From: Alphaproteobacteria bacterium
Lineage (GTDB): Bacteria; Pseudomonadota; Alphaproteobacteria; UBA828
Direction of reading: 5' to 3'
Length of the DNA: 64,000 bases
Assembly: GCA_965214705.1 (NCBI GenBank)
Contig: CBDCCI010000002.1
Span: 1,888,001 to 1,952,000 of the forward strand
The notes under the pieces are model-generated. The model saw only the letters and a program-made list of their open reading frames with translations. It did not search any database and had not been told where the DNA came from. This document shows positions 38,502 to 46,043 of the stretch, in pieces. The position numbers were made by a program, and so were the translations under genes. Each line of letters starts with the position of its first letter. Position 1 is the stretch's first letter.

Positions 38502-40126
38502 TCCAATTCCTCCAGTGGGATATGGGTCACGATGGGCGCGGCCGTGGCAGCCGGGCCCATCGCGCGGGTGCCGGCGCCGACGGCCAGCAGGGACGCTACC
38601 AGCGCGTCAATCCGCCCCCGCTTGCGCCGCTTTTCCAGCACGGGGTTGTCGTTCCGCTTTTCGATCTCGACCACGGACTCCTTGATCGCGGACTCGAGCA
38701 ACAGGCACCGGCCCGGCCGCAGCGCTTCGGTATAGGCAGCCCGCTGGAAGCTCCGAAGATCGCTCACGCCGTCCTTGCCGCTCCCGCGTCGGCGCCATTG
38801 CAGCGGCCACCAAAGCCCGAGCTTCGCCCATGCGTCGCGCACTTCGGCCTCTTTGAAGGTGTCGGCGGTCGCGGACATGACGCTTTCGCCCTCGAGCAAG
38901 CCCGAGAACCACTCCAGGAACTCGTAGACCGGGGTTGCGCGCCCCGGCCATGTCCGCAGCTCGCCGCGGTCCGCCATGCGCTCGTAGAGGGTCGCCACGC
39001 CGTCGGCTTCGCCCCTAGCGGCAAGGTCCGGCACGTCGCCGAAGGCGCCATAGCACTCCAGGCGCTGCGAGGCCGGCCAGAATCCGGCCGCACAGGTCAT
39101 GCTCGCCGATTGGCCGATGTCGATACCTACGAAGCACGCCCCGGCACGCGGCGGCCGGTCCTTGTCCGCGCACGCTATCCATACTTCGGGCGGCACGATG
39201 GGCTCAGTATTAGGCGAGCCGACGATATTGAGATCGAAGACTCGGAAGTCCGCCGCATCGTTCGGCGAGGCCGCAGCGCGCCGCGCCATGTCCGCCATGT
39301 AGGACCGTGACTTGACGGTATCGAGCGCGGGGTTTGCGGCTTCCCAAGCTCGCTCATCGTCGAGCGCGCAGTTTGCCGGCGCCGCGTGCACGTGCACGGC
39401 CACCGCCGGATCATCCTTGCGCTCGATCATCTCGGCACTGAGCGGAGAATCCCCAAGCACTGAGATCGCGATCAGCCGGCCGTTGCGCGCGCTCGTGCTC
39501 GACAACAGCCCGGCCACCAGGTCGCGCCCGCCCCTGACCGGGAAAAGGCCCAACTCATCGCAGATCGCGAGATCGAATCCGCTCGCATGGCCGGCCGTCC
39601 GGTCAGCCGACAAGAATTCTGCGCGGCCCCATGCTGAGTCGATCTTGCGCGGCACCTTCCCGAAGGTGAGGCCCCGCAGCGCGCCCGCCTCGGCAATCGC
39701 TTTGCATTGCTCCCAAAGCTCGCCGGCCTTGTCACGATTCACGCTCGCCACGCCGCACCGCCAGCCGCGCCGACGCAGCGGCCCATCGTCCGCGAGGTGC
39801 GCCAGAATCAGCACCGCGAGCACCGCCGACTTGGAATTCTTGCGTGCACAGAACAGCCCGGCTTCGCGAACGCCCGGCGCCAGTGCGTCGCGGAAGAAAT
39901 CGACCGCGAAGGCCGGCAGCGTCATCGGCTGGTCGGCATTCTCGTGACCGTGCGGCACGATCAGGCGCTTTTCGGCCCAGTCCGCCACCGCCTGCGCGGG
40001 GTCCATCGGGAGCGGCGGTAGAGGCTCGACGGGCTCAGGCGCTCGCTCGCAAGGCTCAGTCAGGCGCCGTCCGCCGTTCGCTTTGCGGCGCTCGCGATAG
40101 GTCCGCATGTAGGCAGCACGACTCAT
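38498..40126 (-). CDS. terL: Terminase large subunit
   Basis: ARKNSKS Walker A, AICDELG Walker B, GIDIGQS and RIDALVA nuclease aspartates. Confidence 0.9.
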   Translation of the reverse strand: MSRAAYMRTYRERRKANGGRRLTEPCERAPEPVEPLPPLPMDPAQAVADWAEKRLIVPHGHENADQPMTLPAFAVDFFRDALAPGVREAGLFCARKNSKSAVLAVLILAHLADDGPLRRRGWRCGVASVNRDKAGELWEQCKAIAEAGALRGLTFGKVPRKIDSAWGRAEFLSADRTAGHASGFDLAICDELGLFPVRGGRDLVAGLLSSTSARNGRLIAISVLGDSPLSAEMIERKDDPAVAVHVHAAPANCALDDERAWEAANPALDTVKSRSYMADMARRAAASPNDAADFRVFDLNIVGSPNTEPIVPPEVWIACADKDRPPRAGACFVGIDIGQSASMTCAAGFWPASQRLECYGAFGDVPDLAARGEADGVATLYERMADRGELRTWPGRATPVYEFLEWFSGLLEGESVMSATADTFKEAEVRDAWAKLGLWWPLQWRRRGSGKDGVSDLRSFQRAAYTEALRPGRCLLLESAIKESVVEIEKRNDNPVLEKRRKRGRIDALVASLLAVGAGTRAMGPAATAAPIVTHIPLEELE

Positions 40127-41031
40127 CGGCGGTAACAGTTTCGAGGCCGCCGGCGCTGTTGGTTGGCGGACGGTCTGGAGGCCGGCGCCCTATAACCGCC
40201 GGGGCCCCACCGGGTTGTTGTGCACCGCACCATTCCCTTTCGCATGCGCAGCATTTCTGCTCCAGCGTGGCGGCCTGTCAAGCGCCCGCGTCTGCGGCGT
40301 GGCGTATTGGCTGGGATACTGGAGCCGGATGACCTGGGCGAAGGGGTCATGCGCTCGGCACATGTCATCGCGCGCTCTGTCCCGCGCGCACACCCACTCC
40401 CATGTGACCATGCAGTCCGGGGCTGGGTGGTTGACCACGGCGAGCAGCCGGTAAAGCTCCCTCAGCTGGGCTCGATTGACGCCCACGCCCTCGGGATGTT
40501 CGCGGCATAGCTTGCGTAGTTCGGCGATCGTCGGCCAGAACTTCTCTGAGCGGCGCCATTGTTGGGTCACGTCAACCAACACATGCTCGGGATATTCTTG
40601 CAGGTCTTCGAGATAGCACTCCATTGCGATGTCCATGTCGTCTCGTTCCGGGATGATGACGCATGCGGCGAGCCTGCGCAGGATCACCGCCGTGGCCTCG
40701 GGGCCGGCCGCCCGAAGATCGAACTCGACGCCCTCGATCCTGTCGAGCAGCTCCTCCACTTGCTCTTCGCACAGGTCCGGCGGGAGCAGGTCCCTCTTCT
40801 CACGCCATGTGTGTTGACGGTGCACGACGGCCAACGGCAGCTCATAGTCGCCGTCGATCAACTGCTTTAGCGAGGCCTTCCGCCAAGGCGCGCTCTCTAT
40901 CGCCCTGCGTCGTTCGTCTTCCTTCTGCCGGCGGATCAGCTCCAGATCTTCGTAAGCGGTACGCAGACCCCATACCGGAATCTGGCTTGACTACGACGGG
41001 GATTTCTTGAGGAGCGCCGTGAGCGCGCGAG

Positions 41032-42774
41032 TCATTTTGCCTCGGGCTGGAAGTTCCACGGCAGAAGCTCCTGGATGCCCGACTGCGGGTGGCCCTTGGC
41101 GATCTTCTCGAGCGTGCTCCGCATCCAGGCGTAGGGCTCGACGCCGTTCATCTTGCAGGTCTCGATCAGCGAGGCGATGCGGGCCCAGGCTTGCGCACCC
41201 TCGTCGTTGCCGGCGAAGAGCGCGTTCTTGGCGGTGAGCTTCAGCGGCCGGATTCGGTTTTCCACCAGGTTCGAGTCGATCTCGACACGACCGTCGTGCA
41301 GGAACTCCAGCAGCCCGTCCCACTGGTTGGCGATATAGGTCAGCTTCTCGCCGAGACGCGAGCGCGGTGAGACGCGCGAGCGCTGCTCGTCGAGCCAGAC
41401 ACCGAAGGTGTTCACGATCGGCGCCGACTCCTCCCAACGGATCGCGCGGCGCTCCGCCGGCGGCTTGCCCCGGATCTTCTTCTCGATCGCATAGAGCTTC
41501 GCGATCCGATTCAGACCGGCCAGCGCGATCGGCGATGCGCTCGAGTCGTATACCTCTTTCAGCTTCCGTCTTACATGCGCCCAACAGAGGGCCCGCGTCA
41601 CAGGGCCTTCCGCCCGGTCCGGCCGCGCCAGGATGTTGTGGCCCGAGTAGCCGTCGAGCTGCACCGTCCCCGAAAAGCCCTCCATAAGCTCGGCGCCATA
41701 CTTGCCGCCGCGGCCGGGCGCATAGCGATAGACGACGCCCGGCGGGTCCGTGCCGCTCCAGTGGCGCTCGTCACGCACAAGGGTCCACATGTAGCCCGTC
41801 TTCGTCTTGCCCCGGCCCGGGTCGAGAACGCGGATCGTGGTCTCGTCCAGACCCAGGTGATCCGACTTCTTCAGCTCATCCTCCAGGCAAGCGACCACGG
41901 GGCGCAGGTGAAACGACGCCTGGCCCACCCACGTCGCCAGCGTCGCACGGTGAACCTCGATCCCCGAGCGCTCGTAGATCTGCGACTGGCGATAGAGCGG
42001 GCAATGATCGCCGTACTTCGCGATCAGCACCTGCGCCAGAAGAGCCTCGGTGGGAAGGCCGCCCTCGACCAGAGCGGCCGGCGCCGGCGACTGCACCACC
42101 CCGCCCCCCTTGCACTTGTTGCAGGCGTAGCGGGGGCGCACGGTCTCGATGACGGTGAACTTCGCCGGCTCATAGTCCAGCCGCTCGCTGCGGTCCTCGC
42201 CGATCTTCGTCATCTCGCCGCAGCCGCAGGGGCACATGATCGTGTCCGGCTCGATCACCTCCTCGCGCCGGTCGACCTGGGGCCCGAAGCGCACCCCGCT
42301 GCGCGACCCCCGGGAAGAGCGCCGCCGGCGCTTGCCGCCAGCCCCCTCGTCCTGCTCCTGGTCATCTGCCTCGGGCCGACCGCCGGCTTCAGCGATCGCC
42401 GCCCAAAACTCCTCGAACGTAAGCTGGCGCTCGTCCTCGCCGAGCTTCTCGGAGCGCGGACCGAACAGCGCCTTCCTGAGCTCCTTGTTGAGATGCTCAA
42501 GCCGGCTGATCTGCTCCGCGCTCTGCGCGTTCTCGGCCTCCAGCCGTGCCGCCCGCGCTTCCGCCGTCTGCCTCGCCGCCTCCGCCGCGCCGCGTGCCTG
42601 CTCCGCTTCGCATAGGGCTGCTTCCGTCGCCCGGCGCGCCGCGCGCTCGTCGTCAAGCTCCGCATGCAGGGCCGCCAGCGCCGCCGAAACCACCGCAGGC
42701 GACGGCGAACCGGCGCTGCTGAGGGGTGAGGGCGTGACCTTCGGCATGGGCCACCCCTTAATCCGATTCGCCAA
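41032..42774 (-). CDS. tnpC: IS66 transposase TnpC
   Basis: FGPRSEK, CPCGC zinc finger, LDETT, DGY, CWAHVRRK, IDSNLVENRIR, ELLPWN. Confidence 0.95.
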   Translation of the reverse strand: MANRIKGWPMPKVTPSPLSSAGSPSPAVVSAALAALHAELDDERAARRATEAALCEAEQARGAAEAARQTAEARAARLEAENAQSAEQISRLEHLNKELRKALFGPRSEKLGEDERQLTFEEFWAAIAEAGGRPEADDQEQDEGAGGKRRRRSSRGSRSGVRFGPQVDRREEVIEPDTIMCPCGCGEMTKIGEDRSERLDYEPAKFTVIETVRPRYACNKCKGGGVVQSPAPAALVEGGLPTEALLAQVLIAKYGDHCPLYRQSQIYERSGIEVHRATLATWVGQASFHLRPVVACLEDELKKSDHLGLDETTIRVLDPGRGKTKTGYMWTLVRDERHWSGTDPPGVVYRYAPGRGGKYGAELMEGFSGTVQLDGYSGHNILARPDRAEGPVTRALCWAHVRRKLKEVYDSSASPIALAGLNRIAKLYAIEKKIRGKPPAERRAIRWEESAPIVNTFGVWLDEQRSRVSPRSRLGEKLTYIANQWDGLLEFLHDGRVEIDSNLVENRIRPLKLTAKNALFAGNDEGAQAWARIASLIETCKMNGVEPYAWMRSTLEKIAKGHPQSGIQELLPWNFQPEAK

Positions 42775-42840
42775 TGCATGACCAGGGAAAAGTGCAGGCG
42801 GGACCGCGACCGAAATCTGCGGCCCCGCCTGCGTGCCGCC

Positions 42841-43191
42841 TCACTCCGCCGCCAGCGGGCGGCGAACCGGGCGGGCCTTCACCCGGCGCCAGTCCAGACC
42901 CTCGAAGAGGGCCTCGAACTGGCCCTTCGTAAGGCGCATCACACCATCCTCGATCCGAGGCCAGGCGAAGCGGCCCTGCTCCAGACGCTTGTAGGTCATC
43001 ACCAGACCGCTGCCGTCCCACGCAAGGAGCTTGAGCCTGTCGCCGCGGCGCGAGCGGAAGATCACGATCACCCCGGAATAGATATCGAGGTCCAGCTCCC
43101 CCGCCGCCGTCGCCGCAAGCGCGTCGTGGCCGCGACGAAAATCAACCGGCCGCGTCGCCAACACGATGCGAAGCGAGGGGGCCGCGATCAT
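42841..43191 (-). CDS. tnpB: IS66 accessory protein TnpB
   Basis: PVDFRRG, DRLKLLAWDGSG, KRLEQGRF. Confidence 0.93.
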   Translation of the reverse strand: MIAAPSLRIVLATRPVDFRRGHDALAATAAGELDLDIYSGVIVIFRSRRGDRLKLLAWDGSGLVMTYKRLEQGRFAWPRIEDGVMRLTKGQFEALFEGLDWRRVKARPVRRPLAAE

Positions 43192-43613
43192 GACGACGCC
43201 CGGCCCAGGCCCGAGGCCACCGCAACAATCCGATCGACCGCGCTCTCCACCGGAAGGCGAACGACCACGCCTAGCGCCTCGATCGCCACCGTCCGCTCGG
43301 ACGTCACGCTATCAACCACCACGGGAACAAATGGCGGTGCAGAGCCACCAATCCGAGCGCCCGGAAGAGTTCCCTCCCGCGCGCGCCGCCGCCACTTGGT
43401 CAGGGTCGTATCGCTGACGCCATGGCGGCGCGCGACCGCCGCAACCGAAGAGCCCGGCTCAAAGCTCTCCGAGACAATCCGCGCCTTCTCATCGTCCGGC
43501 CAGCGTCGCATGGGGGCCGGCTCAGACGGAGCCGGGGCGGCTCCCTCAGAAGCTGGGATCTCAACCGAAGCAACAGCGACACCGTCGCCAGATGCCAAAA
43601 TCGAATCTGTCAT
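43188..43613 (-). CDS. tnpA: IS66 accessory protein TnpA (HTH)
   Basis: RRWPDDEKARIV.ES..PG.SV..VARRHG...L..WRR, FVPV. Confidence 0.88.
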   Translation of the reverse strand: MTDSILASGDGVAVASVEIPASEGAAPAPSEPAPMRRWPDDEKARIVSESFEPGSSVAAVARRHGVSDTTLTKWRRRAREGTLPGARIGGSAPPFVPVVVDSVTSERTVAIEALGVVVRLPVESAVDRIVAVASGLGRASS

Positions 43614-43960
43614 CGCGATCTCTCCTGTGTGGCTCGTGGTCAAGGCGGAGAGTCAGCCCCGAAATCAGATCCGCTGGAAGTATGGGGGCCCGATACCGCT
43701 TACAGATCTTCGTCCGTCAGAAGCTCGTAGCCCCCTCGTTCCCTCATTAGCCCGGCGCACGTCTTCTCTGATCCAGTTGCGCCAGATCGCATTCCAATCA
43801 GCGGCAGCTCGTCCGGTACCAAGGTAGTGATCCGTGAAGCGGTCGACTGCCTGGCTGATCTGGGCATCGCTCAATCCCTGGTTCTTCGCGAACAAGAGTC
43901 CCTTCTCTGACGGCAACCAATTGGCGGCCATGCGGGAGGTGGCGCGCTTGCGCGCGCCCC

Positions 43961-44120
43961 CGGTTCCCTGACGGTTCTTTGACGGTTCCTGATGGTTCGG
44001 TGGGCAACTTGCCCGCTGTTTCGGGCAACTTGCCCGCTGTTCTGTGACAGGTTGCCCGGTGTCGTGGGCAAGTTGCCCGGTGTCGTGCGCCGCCTCACCG
44101 GGCAGATTGTCCGGTGTCGA
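43961..44120. repeat. Iteron array / probable origin inside rep
   Basis: GGGCAASTTGCCC-like units at 44002, 44023, 44045, 44066 and 44100; TGA(C/T)GGTTC repeats at 43969, 43980 and 43990. Confidence 0.75.
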
Positions 44121-44421
44121 GGCTTCGTCCTCCCCCCCCAACTGCAGGTGGTATTCGTGACCTCGACCGCGCTTGGTCTTGAGGATCAGGCCACGAGACT
44201 CGAGGTGGTCCAGGGCCCGCCGCACTGTGCGCTCGTCGAGCTCGGTGTCGTCTGCAATCCGCCTTACCGAGGGGTAGCTGTGGCCACGGTCGTCGGCATG
44301 ATCGGCCAGCTTGAGAAGCACCAATTTCGCCGACGGCGCGGACACGCTTTTTTCTGCGTTCCCGACGCGCTGGCCAAAGGCCCAGGCCATCGCGCGAACA
44401 CTCACGGAACGAATCCGGGGG

Positions 44422-44444
44422 GTTTCTGGCAAGTTGCCAGAAAC
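44422..44444. repeat. 23-bp palindrome just upstream of rep
   Basis: GTTTCTGGCAAGTTGCCAGAAAC, reverse complement of 32524-32546. Confidence 0.85.
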
Positions 44445-44502
44445 TCCCGGTCCTCGCGGCGGGCGGGCGGTTCTCTAAGTGATTGATTTATAAGGGGAGA
44501 AC

Positions 44503-44578
44503 TGGTGCCGCAGGAGAGATTCGAACTCCCGACCCATGCATTACGAATGCATTGCTCTACCGACTGAGCTACTGCGGC
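44503..44578 (-). tRNA. tRNA-Thr(CGT)
   Basis: GCCGCAG acceptor stem, ATGCA-TT-CGT-AA-TGCAT anticodon arm, GTTCGAATC, encoded CCA. Confidence 0.97.
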
Positions 44579-44593
44579 CCGGTTCCGCGCCGG

Positions 44594-44622
44594 ACTATCG
44601 TCAAGGCACGCTGCATTGTAAA
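44594..44622 (-). promoter_or_regulatory. Putative tRNA-Thr promoter
   Basis: TTTACA-17 nt-GATAGT followed by a GC-rich discriminator. Confidence 0.5.
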
Positions 44623-44663
44623 GGCGCCAATCGCGGGCTGGCCCTGGCTTCCCGCAAGAACGG

Positions 44664-46043
44664 TCACTCGGCGGCGGTGCCTGCGGCCGCCGGTACCGGC
44701 TGCTCTTCGTCGTCGGCAGAGGCAGCGGTATCTGGCGGCAAGGCGCTTGCCTCGACGCGGGACGGTGTGCGCCACTCGATCGCATCGAAGGCACCGCAGC
44801 GATCGCAGACGATCGACCACGCCGGGCTCGCGCTGGCGCAGCGGGTGCAGAGCCAGGCCGGATCGGGCGGCGCCTCGCTCGCCTGCTGGAGGCGCCGCCG
44901 GACCGCGTCGCCGTCCCCCGTCTCGGCCTCCTCCAGACGTGCCAGCAGGCGGTAGGCGCCAGCGCTGGGGCACTCAACCGCGGCGCGCTCCAGATGCCGA
45001 CGCGCCGTCCCCCACTGCTTCGCGTCGAGCGCCTGGTTCGCGAGCAGCATGAGGCTCTCGGCGTGGTCGCTGTTGTTGGCCACCAGCGTCTCGACCCGCT
45101 TCAGCCGCTCTGCGGCCGAACTGTCGGCGTGGAGCGCGAGAAAGAGCCGGCCGAGCGCCGGGTGAGGACAATGACGCCAGGCATCGATCACCGCCCGCTG
45201 CGCAGCACTGTCTCGGCCGGCTTCCTTGGCGAGTCCGGCGCCCAGCAGCGCTGCGGGCAGGAACGCAGCATCTGCCGCGCGCGCCTCGTCGGCGACGCGC
45301 AGCGCCTCCCTCACCTCGCCCTGCTCGCGCAACGCCCGCGCCCGCTCGAAGAGCAATCCCGCCTGGCGTCGGCGACCGATCTCCTCGCTCACGGCGCCGT
45401 GGCGCAGGGCCTGCTTGACCGTTCCGACCGCATCCGACCAGCGCCCAGCCCGCGTTTGCATCTCCAGCAGCGCGGTCAGCACCCAGGGCGTCTCGGGCCG
45501 GAGCGCGAAAGCCTGCTCCGCAAGCTCCAGCGCCCGCGCCGTATCGCCGGTGCGCTCGGCCTGAACGAGCAAGCCGCGCAATCCGAGGAACGCCGTCGCC
45601 GGCTGGTCGAGCATGGCCTCGAAATAACCGCGCGCGGCGTGGTCGTCGCCCTCAAGCTGCGCCGCCTGGGCCGAGAGCAGGAGCGTCAGCGGGGGCTCCT
45701 CCAGCAGCGCATCGGCGCGACGCGCGAAGCGGCGGGCGCGCTTTGGGTCGCCCGCCGCCGCCGCGACCAGCCCCTGGGTCAGCGCCCGGTAGCCCAGACG
45801 CTCGCGGCGACGGCGGCGCGCCAATGCGACCCGGCGCGGGCCGATCCAGACGAAGCGCACCACGGCAGCGATCACCAGGACGATGGCCGCAGCCACGGCG
45901 AGGGCCGCAGCCAGGGTCCCCGGCGAGGTCTCGACCATGTAGTCGCCCCAAGCGATCTCGACACGGCCGGGCGGCTCCGAGATCCAGCTCGCGGCCGCCG
46001 CAACGACGATCACCGCAACGACGAAGGCGATGATGCGGATCAT
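44664..46043 (-). CDS. hemY: HemY-like membrane TPR protein
   Basis: PG.V.I.W.DY, LTLLLSAQAAQLEGD, FLGLRGL, PHPAL, W.C..C...C..C; fourth gene of the hemCD operon. Confidence 0.85.
   Translation of the reverse strand: MIRIIAFVVAVIVVAAAASWISEPPGRVEIAWGDYMVETSPGTLAAALAVAAAIVLVIAAVVRFVWIGPRRVALARRRRRERLGYRALTQGLVAAAAGDPKRARRFARRADALLEEPPLTLLLSAQAAQLEGDDHAARGYFEAMLDQPATAFLGLRGLLVQAERTGDTARALELAEQAFALRPETPWVLTALLEMQTRAGRWSDAVGTVKQALRHGAVSEEIGRRRQAGLLFERARALREQGEVREALRVADEARAADAAFLPAALLGAGLAKEAGRDSAAQRAVIDAWRHCPHPALGRLFLALHADSSAAERLKRVETLVANNSDHAESLMLLANQALDAKQWGTARRHLERAAVECPSAGAYRLLARLEEAETGDGDAVRRRLQQASEAPPDPAWLCTRCASASPAWSIVCDRCGAFDAIEWRTPSRVEASALPPDTAASADDEEQPVPAAAGTAAE

Larger units (their letters stand above)
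40952..43703 (-). mobile_element. IS66-family insertion sequence (2752 bp)
   Basis: Imperfect 24-bp TIR beginning GTAAGCGGTA; 8-bp TSD AGATCTTC at 40944-40951 and 43704-43711; tnpA-tnpB-tnpC. Confidence 0.95.
40190..43747 (-). pseudogene. Replication accessory (helicase loader/inhibitor-like) gene split by IS66 (43747-43712 plus 40951-40190)
   Basis: YLEDLQEYP and WRRSEKFWPTIAEL motifs; frame is open to ATG 43747 once the IS is removed (265 aa). Confidence 0.62.
40842..44405 (-). pseudogene. Phage-type replication initiator whose 3' end is split by IS66 (44405-43704 plus 40943-40842)
   Basis: MSVRAMAWA, KLVLLKLADHAD..G.SYPSV..IA.DTEL.ERTVRR HTH, internal iterons, DWNAIWRNWI domain; reconstructs to 267 aa. 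Confidence 0.8.
32387..44550 (-). mobile_element. tRNA-Thr-integrated capsid-encoding satellite or minimal prophage
   Basis: Bounded by identical 50-bp repeats; contains integrase, xis-like gene, rep, terminase, capsid and portal. Confidence 0.9.

Noticed and set aside
35230-40126. Gene transfer agent head cluster
   Set aside because: Has its own integrase, att sites and replicon, lacks tail genes, and the order differs from RcGTA
40123-40368. 81-aa ORF overlapping the terL start as a possible TerS
   Set aside because: Low-complexity R/P/S sequence, mostly overlapping another gene, with no TerS-like helical pattern
44002-44120. CRISPR-like repeats
   Set aside because: 21-bp period with no unique spacers, inside a CDS, no cas genes; iterons fit better
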